A DNA stretch of 64,000 nucleotides from an uncultured Desulfarculus sp. (GCA_963665125.2 CAXXUK010000001.1:2880001-2944000), one strand, 5' to 3'; positions 10,727-20,422 are shown, counted from the first letter of the stretch. The notes: generated by a model not told the origin, from the letters alone. Numbers and translations are program-made.

Positions 10727-11517
10727 CACGCCCGCCCTCCCCGGCAAAGCTCGTTCAGGGCCTTGGCCGGATCGCCGGATTTCATCAAGGCGCTGCCGAT
10801 CAAAAAGGCGTCGCACCCGGCGTCTTTGAGCCTGGCGATATCCTCAGGCCCGTTGATGCCGCTCTCGGCCACCACCAGGATACCCCTGGGGACCAGCTGG
10901 CGCACATCAACGCTGGTCTGCAAGTCTATTTTCAGCGTATCGAGGTTGCGGTTGTTGATGCCCACCAGCGGCGGATTCAGGGGCAGCACCGCCGCTAGTT
11001 CCTTGGCGTCGTGCACCTCCACCAGGGGAGTCAGGCCCAGAGCCACGGCTTCATTATACAGCTCGGCCAGGCGCTGGGCACTCAACACGGCGGCCACCAG
11101 CAGGGCGGCGTCGGCCCCGGCCTTTCTGGCGGCGGCCAGCTGGGCCTCGTCGATGTGAAAATCCTTGGCCAACAGCGGCAGGTCCACGGCCCGGCGCACG
11201 GCCTTCAGGTCGTCCAGTGAGCCCTTGAAAAACCGCTGGTCGCACAGCACCGAGCAGGCCGAGGCCCCGGCCCCGGCATAGGTGGCCGCCTGTGTGGCCG
11301 GGTCGATGCCAACGGCTATGTCGCCCAGGGACGGCGAGGCCTTTTTGACCTCGGCGATGACTGGCGTGTGGGGGCAGTTCTTGAGCGCGGCCAGGAAATC
11401 CCGGCACGGCGCCATTTCCAGGGCCTCCCGCCGCAGGGCATCGCAATCGGTTTGCTCATGGAGCGCGGCGACCTCCCGGCGCTTTTGCTCCATTACCGTG
11501 TCCAAAAAGCCGCTCAT
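10726..11517 (-). CDS. trpC: Indole-3-glycerol phosphate synthase
   Basis: IAEVKKASPS, KDF, LVEVH, GINNRNL, AESGI. Confidence 0.96.
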   Translation of the reverse strand: MSGFLDTVMEQKRREVAALHEQTDCDALRREALEMAPCRDFLAALKNCPHTPVIAEVKKASPSLGDIAVGIDPATQAATYAGAGASACSVLCDQRFFKGSLDDLKAVRRAVDLPLLAKDFHIDEAQLAAARKAGADAALLVAAVLSAQRLAELYNEAVALGLTPLVEVHDAKELAAVLPLNPPLVGINNRNLDTLKIDLQTSVDVRQLVPRGILVVAESGINGPEDIARLKDAGCDAFLIGSALMKSGDPAKALNELCRGGRA

Positions 11518-11518
11518 T

Positions 11519-12556
11519 TCAGGCAGCCTTTCCGGCCGTGGCCGTGGCCCCGGCCAGGGCTTCCATTTTGGCCAGGGCGGCGCCGCTGTCGATGCTGGCG
11601 GCGGCCAGCTTGACGCCGTCGCGAAGGCTGTCAACCTTACCGGCGGCCATGATCGCCGCCGCGGCGTTGGCCAGGACCATGTCCCTGGTGGCGCCCTTCT
11701 TGCCGTTCAAGACGTCCAGGCTCATTTGCCTGCTTTGTTCGGCATCGGCGGCCACCAGCTCCCCGGGCGAGGCCGTGGCCAGGCCCAGATCCTCGGGGGT
11801 GATGTCCACTTCGGTCACCTTGCCGTCGGCCAGATAAGCCGCCTTGGTGGGGCCGGTGACGGTGATTTCGTCGTAGCCGCCCTGGCCGTGGACCACAAAG
11901 GCGCTTTGGCAGCCCAGACGCCCCAGCACCTGGGCCAGGGTCGTGGTCAGCTCCGGGGCAAACACGCCCATGACCTGGGCCGTGGCCCCGGCCGGGTTGG
12001 TCAGCGGACCAAGGACGTTGAATATGGTGCGCATGCCCAGTTCCCGACGCGGTCCGATGGCGTGCTTCATGGCTCCGTGCAGGGCCGGGGCGAACAAAAA
12101 GCCGATGCCCACCGCGTCCAGGCACTGGCCAACCTGCTCGGGCGTGAGGTCCAAGTTGATGCCAAAGGCCTCCATCAGGTCGGCGCTGCCGCACTGGCTG
12201 GACATGGCCCGGTTGCCGTGTTTGGCCACCCTGCAGCCCGCGCCGGCCACCACGAACGCCGCCGTGGTGGAGACGTTGAAGGTGCTGGAGCCGTCGCCGC
12301 CGGTGCCGCAGGTATCCACCAGGGTCTCGCCCCTGGCCGCCGCCTTGGTGGGCACGGCCGAGGCCTTGGCCCGCATGACCTTGGCCGCAGCGGTGATCTC
12401 ATCGACGGTCTCGCCCTTCATGCGCAGACCCACCAAAAGCCCGCCTATCTGGGCCTGGGTGGCCCGGCCTTCCATGACTTGGTTCATGACCTCGGTCATC
12501 TCGGCTTCGCTGAGGTTTTGCCCGGCCACCACTTTTGCTATCGCCTGTTTGATCAT
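11519..12556 (-). CDS. trpD: Anthranilate phosphoribosyltransferase
   Basis: DTCGTGGDG..TFNVST, KHGNR, RTIFNVLGPLTNP. Confidence 0.97.
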   Translation of the reverse strand: MIKQAIAKVVAGQNLSEAEMTEVMNQVMEGRATQAQIGGLLVGLRMKGETVDEITAAAKVMRAKASAVPTKAAARGETLVDTCGTGGDGSSTFNVSTTAAFVVAGAGCRVAKHGNRAMSSQCGSADLMEAFGINLDLTPEQVGQCLDAVGIGFLFAPALHGAMKHAIGPRRELGMRTIFNVLGPLTNPAGATAQVMGVFAPELTTTLAQVLGRLGCQSAFVVHGQGGYDEITVTGPTKAAYLADGKVTEVDITPEDLGLATASPGELVAADAEQSRQMSLDVLNGKKGATRDMVLANAAAAIMAAGKVDSLRDGVKLAAASIDSGAALAKMEALAGATATAGKAA

Positions 12557-12588
12557 TTTTTCCTCGCCGTCAAATTGCCAAACTATCC

Positions 12589-12632
12589 AAAACAAAGGCC
12601 GCGAACGCTCTTTGGTTGCGTCCGCGGCCGTG
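12589..12632 (-). terminator. trp attenuator terminator
   Basis: GGCCGCGGACGC-loop-GCGTTCGCGGCC followed by TTTGTTTT; its 5' arm CACGGCCGC is complementary to GCGGCCGTG in the leader. Confidence 0.85.
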
Positions 12633-12654
12633 ATATCGCTTTATGCGGGTTATA

Positions 12655-12738
12655 TCAGATCACACAAAACCCACGGCCGCTGGAGCGCCAATAGCCCCGC
12701 CAGCCCTGCCAGGTGATGTTGTTGATGATCTGATACAT
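12655..12738 (-). CDS. trpL: trp leader peptide MYQIINNITWQGWRGYWRSSGRGFCVI
   Basis: 27 aa with 3 Trp codons, AGGAGA SD, upstream of trpD, overlapping the antiterminator strand. Confidence 0.85.
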   Translation of the reverse strand: MYQIINNITWQGWRGYWRSSGRGFCVI

Positions 12739-12758
12739 GGTGCGTCCCGTTCTCCTCG

Positions 12759-12800
12759 TGTATACGGTATACAAATACTGGAACACTGCCGAACCGTCAA
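12759..12800 (-). promoter_or_regulatory. trp sigma70-like promoter with overlapping palindrome
   Basis: TTGACG-17-TATTTG; palindrome TGTATAC-G-GTATACA at 12759-12773. Confidence 0.6.
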
Positions 12801-12872
12801 CTTCTTTTTCAGCGCCGGAGGCATTTTGTATACAATTTTTTTGCATTCTCAAGGCCTTTTGACGGCTCGTTA

Positions 12873-12918
12873 TTGACACGGGGAGCAAATGACGTCACAA
12901 TCTTGTTTAGTTGCTAAT
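12873..12918 (+). promoter_or_regulatory. marR promoter and candidate operator
   Basis: TTGACA-17-CACAAT followed by TTGTTTAGTTGCTAAT. Confidence 0.6.
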
Positions 12919-12935
12919 CGTGTTGAGGATTATGG

Positions 12936-13388
12936 ATGGACACCGAGGCGAAATTTAAAAATCTGCTGGCCGCGTTCATGGGCCTGTACAACCAGATAAA
13001 TGCCTCGGAAAAACGGCAATATGACTTTGGCACGGGAACGATGCTGCACCCCTCGGAGATCCACACCATTGAGGCCATCGGCCAAAACACGGGCATCAAT
13101 GTGACCGAACTGGCCAAACTTATGAGGGTGACCAAGGGCGCCATATCCCAGGTCATCAAGAAGCTGGAAGCCAAGGGCATGATCTCCAAGTATTTCAGCG
13201 ACGACAACAACCAGCGGGTGTTGCTCAAGCTCACGGCACAGGGCCAAACCGCCTTTGACGGTCACAACCGGCTTCACCAGCGGCAATACGACCTGCTGAA
13301 AAAGGAGTTGGAGCATCTCGGCGACGAGCAGGTCCGCTTTTTGGCCGAGGTAATGGGCAGTATCGAGCGCTCATTTGAGCAACTATAA
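12936..13388 (+). CDS. MarR family transcriptional regulator
   Basis: VTELAKLMRVTKGAISQVIKKLEAKG...RVLLKLT.QG winged HTH. Confidence 0.92.
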   Translation: MDTEAKFKNLLAAFMGLYNQINASEKRQYDFGTGTMLHPSEIHTIEAIGQNTGINVTELAKLMRVTKGAISQVIKKLEAKGMISKYFSDDNNQRVLLKLTAQGQTAFDGHNRLHQRQYDLLKKELEHLGDEQVRFLAEVMGSIERSFEQL

Positions 13389-13436
13389 AATTTTTTACTA
13401 AACTTGTTAAGCTGCTATATAAGTTCGGAGGATATC

Positions 13437-14045
13437 ATGGACAAGCCGTTCAACCTCAAAAAAGTCACCACTCCCATCATCCTGCATTTGCTCCAGGGCC
13501 AATTGCCCCGGCCGCGCCTGTTTCTGCTCAAATGCCTGTTGACCGCGGGCAAGATCCGCAAGCAATGCGCCGCCGAATTTCCGGCCGAGCTGTTGGACCT
13601 GGCCGCCATGCCGCTGTGGGTTTACATCAACCTCAAAGCCAGGCTGGGCCGGACCAAGGCCCTGGAAATCATGCGCATCGCCCTGTTGACCGCCGGGGTG
13701 GCCAAGCAAAACATGCTCTTCGACCCGGTGGAGCGGGGCCGCTCCTTTGACACCTTTGTGGACATGGAACTGGAGATCAACCGCAGCGGCACGACCAAGT
13801 GGAATACGCTCAACGTCGTGCGCCGGGAAGCGGAACTGTTCGAGATCGAAATCACCCGCTGCCGCTACCACGAACTGACAGGCAAGCTGGGCGTACCCGA
13901 GATGACGCCGCTGATCTGCCAGGTGGACAACGCCGTGTTCAACTCCTATCTGCCCGAGGAAATGATCTTTCACCGGGAGGGCCGGGGCAACCGGATCTGT
14001 GACGGCGCGAAAAAATGCCGTTTCATATGGCAGATGCAAGCATGA
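13437..14045 (+). CDS. L-2-amino-thiazoline-4-carboxylate hydrolase-like protein
   Basis: ITRCRY, ICQVD, R..RICDG...CRF three-Cys pattern; GGAGG SD. Confidence 0.7.
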   Translation: MDKPFNLKKVTTPIILHLLQGQLPRPRLFLLKCLLTAGKIRKQCAAEFPAELLDLAAMPLWVYINLKARLGRTKALEIMRIALLTAGVAKQNMLFDPVERGRSFDTFVDMELEINRSGTTKWNTLNVVRREAELFEIEITRCRYHELTGKLGVPEMTPLICQVDNAVFNSYLPEEMIFHREGRGNRICDGAKKCRFIWQMQA

Positions 14046-14087
14046 CCATATGAAACGGCAACCATAAGAAAGCTTCGGAAGTAATGC

Positions 14088-14879
14088 CTAGGTTTTTGCC
14101 GCCCGCCAGGCCGGCGCCATTGCCTCCAACAGGGCCTCCCTGTCGCCGTCGGCCAGGGCGTCGTCGATGGCGTCTATGCTGCGGCGCAAGTGGCCGATTA
14201 TCTCCACGGCCTCGGGGTTGGCCAGGGCCAAACCAGCGAAAAGCTCGGCCGGCTGGGTGCATTGCTGCCTGAGCACCCGGGCCAGCCTGCCGAACCAGGG
14301 CCCGGCCAGGGGCTCAACCCGGCCAAGGTCCTGGCCCATACCGGCCAAGGCCGCGCCGAATCCAGCCATTAGCATGTGCCGCAGGCTCTGGCCGGCGGCC
14401 ATGAGCATGTCGTGGTCCTCGGGCGTGGTCTCGTTGACCTGGGCGCCCTGACTATGCAAAAAACGTCGGACCCTCTCGGTCCAGGGGCCTTCACGGCCCC
14501 TGCACAAAAACACTATCTGCCTCTCCAGCGACTCGGCCGACGGTCCGAACAGGGGATGGCAGCCCAGGACCTCGCCCCGGGCGTGGCGCATCATGCTGTT
14601 CAGGGGATCGGCCTTCAACGAGCACAGGTCGATCACCAGGCCGTCGGGTTTTGTCAGGGGGCCCAGGCGGGCCATCACCGGTTCCATCTGGTGCACCGGG
14701 ATCGACAGCACCAAAATGTCGCAAAACTCGGCCAGCCTGGCCTCGTTTGGCTGGTCACGGCCCGTGGTGGCCTCCACCCGGCAATCCAAAGCGTCCAACC
14801 GGGTTGCCAGCCAGCGCCCCATGCGGCCGTGACCGCCGATTATGCCTATCCTAAAGTCGCTAAAGTCGGGTTCTTCCAT
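14088..14879 (-). CDS. tyrA: Prephenate/arogenate dehydrogenase
   Basis: IIGG.G.MG, DLCSLK, HPLFGP, HD..MA..Q. Confidence 0.9.
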   Translation of the reverse strand: MEEPDFSDFRIGIIGGHGRMGRWLATRLDALDCRVEATTGRDQPNEARLAEFCDILVLSIPVHQMEPVMARLGPLTKPDGLVIDLCSLKADPLNSMMRHARGEVLGCHPLFGPSAESLERQIVFLCRGREGPWTERVRRFLHSQGAQVNETTPEDHDMLMAAGQSLRHMLMAGFGAALAGMGQDLGRVEPLAGPWFGRLARVLRQQCTQPAELFAGLALANPEAVEIIGHLRRSIDAIDDALADGDREALLEAMAPAWRAAKT

Positions 14880-14881
14880 GC

Positions 14882-15988
14882 CTACACCGTCTGGGTCGCG
14901 CCGTTCCAGGTTTCGGGCTCACCCATGGGGTAGGAACCCAGCACTTTGAGCCAGCGGGTTTCCTCGTCCATGATGTTGAGCACCTGCTTGATGTTGTCGT
15001 CCTCGACATGGCCCGCCAAGTCTACGTAGAACACGTATTCCCAGGGCGTATCCTTCAAGGGGCGCGACTCGATGCGGGTCAGGTTGATGCCCAGGTCGGC
15101 GAAGTTCTTCAGGGCCGTGAACAGCATGCCCGGCTTGTGATGGGTCACGAACAGGATGCTGGTCTTGTCGTTGCCCGTGGGAGGGCACTTCTGACGGCCG
15201 ATGACAAAGAACCGGGTCATGTTGTGCGGGTTGTCCTGGATGTCCTTGGCCAGGACGTTGAGTCCGCTCTGCCTGGCGGCCAGGATCGAGCCCACGGCCG
15301 CGGCGTCGGGTTCCTCGGTGGACTTCTGAGCCGCGGCGGCCGTGCTGGTGCTTTCCACCAACAGGGCCTTGGGCACGTTGCGGGCCAGCCAGCCCCGGCA
15401 CTGGTTCAGGGCCTGGGGATGCGAATAAACCCGCTTGATATCGTCCATGTTTTCGGCCTTGCTCATCAGCACGTGGGCGATGGGCGAAAAGATCTCGCCG
15501 CAGACGCTCAGGTCGCTGTCCAGGAACAGGTCCATGGTCACGCTTACCTGACCCTCGCTGGAGTTCTCCACGGGCACCACGCCCACCTGGGAGTGGTTGC
15601 GGGCCACCTCGTGGAACACGTCGATGATGGAGCGGTGGGGTGCGAAATCGCACGACGAGCCGAAGTGGCGCATGGCCGCCTGGTGGCTGAACGTGGTGGG
15701 CGGGCCCAGATAGGCCACCCGCAGAGGCCGCTGCACGGCCCGACAGGCGCTGATGACCTCCGCGAAGATGCCCCGCAGAGACTGGTTGGACAGGGGACCC
15801 TGGTTGTGATCCTGCAGGGCCTCGATGATCGCCTGTTCACGCTCGGGCGCGAACTCCGGCAGACCGCCCGCTTCCTTGTTCCGGCCAATTTCCATGGCCG
15901 CCAGAGCCCTTTCATTGAGCAGATCGACAATTTGGCGATCGATCTGGTCGATCCTGCCCCGCTGCTCCTGGATTTTATCGGCCACCAT
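14882..15988 (-). CDS. pheA: Chorismate mutase/prephenate dehydratase
   Basis: AroQ N-terminus (R..IDQIDRQIVDLLNER), VPVENSSEG, SHPQAL.QC, TRF, IESRP ACT domain; AAGGAG SD. Confidence 0.96.
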   Translation of the reverse strand: MVADKIQEQRGRIDQIDRQIVDLLNERALAAMEIGRNKEAGGLPEFAPEREQAIIEALQDHNQGPLSNQSLRGIFAEVISACRAVQRPLRVAYLGPPTTFSHQAAMRHFGSSCDFAPHRSIIDVFHEVARNHSQVGVVPVENSSEGQVSVTMDLFLDSDLSVCGEIFSPIAHVLMSKAENMDDIKRVYSHPQALNQCRGWLARNVPKALLVESTSTAAAAQKSTEEPDAAAVGSILAARQSGLNVLAKDIQDNPHNMTRFFVIGRQKCPPTGNDKTSILFVTHHKPGMLFTALKNFADLGINLTRIESRPLKDTPWEYVFYVDLAGHVEDDNIKQVLNIMDEETRWLKVLGSYPMGEPETWNGATQTV

Positions 15989-16113
15989 AACTTTGTTCTC
16001 CTTTTGCGTTGTTTCCACCGGCGCCAGCACTGGTTTGGGGCCTTTTGCCGCGCGCCTGCCCCCGATGGCCCAGTTTTGGGCCAATCTTATAAACAGGGGT
16101 GAGCCAGCCATTA

Positions 16114-17004
16114 CTAGATCCGCCTGTCGCACATGGCGGCCATGCCGCGCAGTTGGTCCATTAATAATTTGAATTCATCAGGATGCAGCGACTGCTCGCC
16201 GTCGCAAAGGGCATCCTCGGGATGGCAATGCACCTCGACCATGATCCCGTCGGCGCCCACGGCCAGGGCGGCCTTGGCCATGGGGGCCACATAGCGGCGC
16301 TTGCCCACGGCATGGCTGGGGTCGACGATTACCGGCAGGTGGGTGCGTTCCTTGAGGACCGGCACCACCGACAGATCAAGGGTGTTGCGGGTAGCTGTTT
16401 CAAAGGTGCGGATGCCCCGTTCGCAGAGGACCACACCGGGGTTGCCGCCGTCAAGGATGTATTCGGCGCTCATCAGCAGTTCGTCAACGGTGGTCATCAG
16501 GCCGCGCTTCAGCAGCACCGGTTTTTTGCACTTGCCCACTTTTTTGAGTAGCGAGAAGTTCTGCACGTTGCGGGCGCCGATTTGAATCATGTCGGCCTGT
16601 TCTTCCAGCAACGGCAGGTCGTCGGCATCCATCAGCTCTGTAACATAGGGCATGCCGGTCTGGCTGCGGGCATAGCTCAGAAGGGCCAGGCCGTCGGGCC
16701 CCAGGCCCTGGAAGCTGTAGGGGGAGGTGCGGGGCTTGTAGGCGCCGCCGCGCAGGATGGCCCCGCCGGCATCGGCCACGGCCCGGGCTGTTTCGGCCAT
16801 CTGTTCGTTGCTCTCCACCGAGCAAGGCCCGGCGATTACCACGAAACGTTCACCACCGATTTCGACTCCGCCCACCCGTACCGTGCTGTCGGCCGGATGA
16901 CTGTCCCGGCTGTGCAGCTTTTGGGGGGCGCGGGATTTGCAGCTTTCCGGGTCTATGACCGGCACCACGGGTGTTCCGGCTCCCTGAATCTCTGCCACCT
17001 GCAT
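16114..17004 (-). CDS. aroF: DAHP synthase, type I-beta
   Basis: [43 protein letters not shown]. Confidence 0.95.
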   Translation of the reverse strand: MQVAEIQGAGTPVVPVIDPESCKSRAPQKLHSRDSHPADSTVRVGGVEIGGERFVVIAGPCSVESNEQMAETARAVADAGGAILRGGAYKPRTSPYSFQGLGPDGLALLSYARSQTGMPYVTELMDADDLPLLEEQADMIQIGARNVQNFSLLKKVGKCKKPVLLKRGLMTTVDELLMSAEYILDGGNPGVVLCERGIRTFETATRNTLDLSVVPVLKERTHLPVIVDPSHAVGKRRYVAPMAKAALAVGADGIMVEVHCHPEDALCDGEQSLHPDEFKLLMDQLRGMAAMCDRRI

Positions 17005-17022
17005 TCTCTCCTCCTAGGGTTT

Positions 17023-17065
17023 AAAAAAATCAAGCCATGTGGTCCCTCTCCGGGTCCCATGGCTT
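17023..17065 (-). terminator. Second (downstream) terminator of the aroF leader
   Basis: AAGCCATGGGA...CACATGGCTT followed by GATTTTTTT. Confidence 0.65.
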
Positions 17066-17083
17066 TTTTTCCTCGTATAAATT

Positions 17084-17127
17084 AAAAAGGCCATGGGCTT
17101 CGCTTGCTTGGCGTCTGCCCATGGCCT
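17084..17127 (-). terminator. First attenuator terminator of the aroF leader
   Basis: AGGCCATGGGC...GCCCATGGCCT followed by a T-run; its 5' arm GGGCAGACGCC can pair with leader GGCGTCTGCCT. Confidence 0.8.
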
Positions 17128-17150
17128 CGGTTGGTCTTTATTCAGCGAAT

Positions 17151-17273
17151 TTAGACGCTAACCTCCCCGGCCGACAGGCAGACGCCGGTAAAATAGAAAA
17201 AGCTAAAGTAATAAAAGTCCGCAAAGCTTGCGCCCCGGCCATTCATTACTGCTATTTCAGTTCTGCCTGTCAT
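17151..17273 (-). CDS. Phe/Tyr-rich leader peptide (alternative start 17246)
   Basis: ...SFADFYYFSFFYFTGVCLSAGEVSV: 6 Phe and 3 Tyr in 12 codons, upstream of aroF-pheA-tyrA. Confidence 0.85.
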   Translation of the reverse strand: MTGRTEIAVMNGRGASFADFYYFSFFYFTGVCLSAGEVSV

Positions 17274-17481
17274 TGTCAAAAATTCGCCTTTCGTATGACG
17301 CAAATAAAACAGCAAAACCAATCGCCTGTCAAGAAGCCAAGGCGTGTTTTTTTTATTAACGTGTTGAAGCCGCAAGCCCGTTCCAGACCAACAAACCCAC
17401 AACTGTCTGTTTTAGCTGTCAATCATCCCTGAAAAGCATTAATATGACCCGTCTGTTGAAAACCGCTTTTGGAGAAAATTT

Positions 17482-18324
17482 ATGAGCGCCGCCAGCGTTA
17501 AAATCCGCAATCTGACCCGCAGCGAACTGGACATGGCCGTGCAATGGGCCGCCGACGAGGGCTGGAATCCGGGCCTGCACGACGCCGACGCCTTCTGGGC
17601 CCAAGACTCCCAGGGCTTTTTCGGCATTGAGCAGGATGGCCGGATCGTCAACACGGTCAGCGCGGTGCGCTACGGAGATTCATACGCCTTTTGCGGTTTT
17701 TACATCACCAGGCCGGGGCTCCGGAACCAGGGTCTGGGCGCGCGGATGGTCCCATTTGTCTTTGAGCGCCTCGGCAAGCGCATCATCGGCGGCGACGGCG
17801 TGTTGGCCATGCAGGATTATTACAAGAGCCTGGGCTTTGAATTGGCCTTCCGCAGCGTGCGCTGCCAAGGCGACGGCGGCACAGATCCCAGCAACCAGAG
17901 CGTCGAACTTGCCACCCTGCCCTTTGATCATGTCCTGGCCTACGACAGCCTCTGTTTTCCCGAGCCGCGCCCGGAATTTCTGCGCAAATGGATCGCCATG
18001 CCCGGCAGCCACGCCCTGGGCATCCTTACCAACGGCAAACTCGGCGGCTACGGCGTAATCCGCCCCTGCCGCCTGGGCTGGAAGATCGGCCCCCTGTTCG
18101 CCGACAACCCGGAAATCGCCGAGGCCCTGTACCTGGACCTGCGCGCAAAAGCCGACTCCGGCCCGGTGTTCCTGGACGTGCCCCTGAACAATTCCGCCGC
18201 CGAGGCCATGGCCGACCGCTATGGCATGCAGCGCGTGTTCGAGACCGGCCGCATGTACAAAAACGGCCTGCCTCCCTGGCGCGACGAACTCGTCTTCGGC
18301 ATCACCACCTTTGAGCTAGGCTAG
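17482..18324 (+). CDS. GNAT family N-acetyltransferase (tandem GNAT)
   Basis: WAADEGWNPG, RNQGLG, KIGPLFAD, C-terminal ITTFELG. Confidence 0.88.
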   Translation: MSAASVKIRNLTRSELDMAVQWAADEGWNPGLHDADAFWAQDSQGFFGIEQDGRIVNTVSAVRYGDSYAFCGFYITRPGLRNQGLGARMVPFVFERLGKRIIGGDGVLAMQDYYKSLGFELAFRSVRCQGDGGTDPSNQSVELATLPFDHVLAYDSLCFPEPRPEFLRKWIAMPGSHALGILTNGKLGGYGVIRPCRLGWKIGPLFADNPEIAEALYLDLRAKADSGPVFLDVPLNNSAAEAMADRYGMQRVFETGRMYKNGLPPWRDELVFGITTFELG

Positions 18325-18722
18325 CCGAGGGCCCCCGCTCCCATGGCGGAGCAGTACTCGGTTGATCCAGCCCCGTTTAACGGTGTTGTCCGATGCCACT
18401 GCGGAAGAGCCGTAAGCAATCCGCCAGGCGGCGCTATTCACCGGAGTTCAAGCCCAAGCCTATCTCCCCGGCCGCGTTGCCGACTTTACTGGTTTTCAGC
18501 ATCCAGGCTATTGAAACCGTCGCGATACCGTGAGTCTTTGGTTTGTACTTCACATGCCGCCTTGACTTGCAGGCCGCTGCTTAGCTAACGTTGTTTAGGT
18601 TCGCAAATACAATTCATCGCGACCCGTTGATTGCTCGACGTTGAGGCGGTTTCTCCTACGCTGTGCATCCTGCCCGCCGTGCGTTTCGTGCAAAAACTCA
18701 TTCTCAGTGCGGAGGACGACAC

Positions 18723-20378
18723 ATGGCGGCACAACTACAGCCTCTTGGCGGAATGGAAGCGGATCTATTCCAAAAAATCGACAAGGAAACCAACGACTTC
18801 TTGATGACGCGCTACAACGGCGTCAACCGCTGGGTCATCGGCGACATGATCCGGCGCAGCGCCTATCACTATCCTGACAAGATCGCCCTCATTGACGGCG
18901 ATATCAGCCGCACCTATTCCCAACTAGAAGACGACATCAACCAGACTGCTCAGGCTCTTTTGGGCATCGGCGTGCAAAAATACGACCGCGTGGCCATCCT
19001 GGCCCACAACACTTATCACCACGTCATCACCTGGCTGGGCTGCGCCAAAATCGGCGCCATCTACCTGGCCGTGAACTACCTTTTGCGCGGGGCGGACATC
19101 GCCTACTGCATAAACCACTCCGAGAGCAAGGTTTTCGTGATCGAGGACAGCCTGTTGGAGCTGGTCGATGGCGTTCTGGGCGACATGCCCACGGTAAAGA
19201 CGTTCCTGTGGTCGGCGGCCACGGGCCAAAACAGCCCGCCGGCCGGATTTGTCGATTTCGACCAGTGGCGGCTGGCGGCCCCGATCCAACAGCCCGAGGC
19301 CATTCTACGCATCGAAGACCCGGCCCAGATGACCTACACCAGCGGCACCGAGTCCAAACCCAAGGGCGTCATCATCAGCAACCAGGCGCTGATCGCCCAA
19401 TACATGGGCTGCATAATCGACGCGGGCTACGAGCCGGGTGACGTCAATCTAAACGCCCTGCCCATCTATCACTGCGCGGCCCGAGACGTGTTCATGAACC
19501 CCATCTTCTGGGTGGGCGGCACCAACGTGCTCATGGCCCCCGACGTGGGCCAGATCCTGGCCAATATAGAAAAGTACAAGGCCACCATGTTCTTCGCCCC
19601 GCCCACGGTGTGGATCGGCCTGCTGCGCCATCCCAAGTTCGACGACTATGACTTGTCCAGCCTGAAAAAGTGCTGTTACGGCGCATCGATCATGCCCGTG
19701 GAGATCCTCAAGGAGATGATGGAGCGGCTGCCCGGCGTCAAAGTCTACAACTTCTACGGCCAGACCGAGCTTGCCCCGTATCACACCATCCTCAAGGACG
19801 CCGACGCCATGACCAAGCTGGGCTCGGCGGGCAAGGGCGGCCTGCACATGGAAACCCGCCTGGAGGACGACGCGGGCCAGGCCATTACCGCAGTGGACAC
19901 ACCCGGCGAGATCTGCGGCCGCGGCCCCCACGCCATGACCATGTACTTCAAGGAGCCCGAAAAGACCGAGGAGGCCATGAAGGGCGGCTGGTTCCACTCC
20001 GGCGACCTGGGTGTCTACGACCAGGACAACTACGTCACCGTGGTGGACCGCAAAAAGGACATGATCAAGACAGGCGGCGAAAACGTACCCTCCCGGGAGG
20101 TGGAAGAGGCCATCTACCTGGACCGCAACGTCGAGGAGGTGGCGGTTATCGGCCTGGACCATCCCAAATGGGTGGAGGCAGTCACCGCCGTGGTGGTGGC
20201 CAAAAAGGACATGGTCATCGATCCGGACCAGCTCATTGAGCATTGCCGGACCAATCTGGCCCCGTTCAAGGTGCCCAAGAAGGTCATCGTGGTCGAGGCC
20301 CTGCCCAAGACGCCCACGGGCAAGATCCTCAAGCGCCAGATGCGCCAGGACTACAAAGGCGCGTTTGCCCAAGAATAA
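18723..20378 (+). CDS. Acyl-CoA synthetase (AMP-forming)
   Basis: YTSGTESKPKG, YGQTE, WFHSGD, DRKKD, PKTPTGK; GGAGG SD. Confidence 0.93.
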   Translation: MAAQLQPLGGMEADLFQKIDKETNDFLMTRYNGVNRWVIGDMIRRSAYHYPDKIALIDGDISRTYSQLEDDINQTAQALLGIGVQKYDRVAILAHNTYHHVITWLGCAKIGAIYLAVNYLLRGADIAYCINHSESKVFVIEDSLLELVDGVLGDMPTVKTFLWSAATGQNSPPAGFVDFDQWRLAAPIQQPEAILRIEDPAQMTYTSGTESKPKGVIISNQALIAQYMGCIIDAGYEPGDVNLNALPIYHCAARDVFMNPIFWVGGTNVLMAPDVGQILANIEKYKATMFFAPPTVWIGLLRHPKFDDYDLSSLKKCCYGASIMPVEILKEMMERLPGVKVYNFYGQTELAPYHTILKDADAMTKLGSAGKGGLHMETRLEDDAGQAITAVDTPGEICGRGPHAMTMYFKEPEKTEEAMKGGWFHSGDLGVYDQDNYVTVVDRKKDMIKTGGENVPSREVEEAIYLDRNVEEVAVIGLDHPKWVEAVTAVVVAKKDMVIDPDQLIEHCRTNLAPFKVPKKVIVVEALPKTPTGKILKRQMRQDYKGAFAQE

Positions 20379-20422
20379 ACCACGCGCCGCCGGTCATCCC
20401 CGGCAGCCGTAAAAACAGACAA

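Noticed and set aside
18325..18660. Intergenic stretch as an 81-aa ORF or a structured ncRNA such as 6S
   Set aside because: No SD or motif, and no convincing long pairing by eye; an Rfam/Infernal scan would decide
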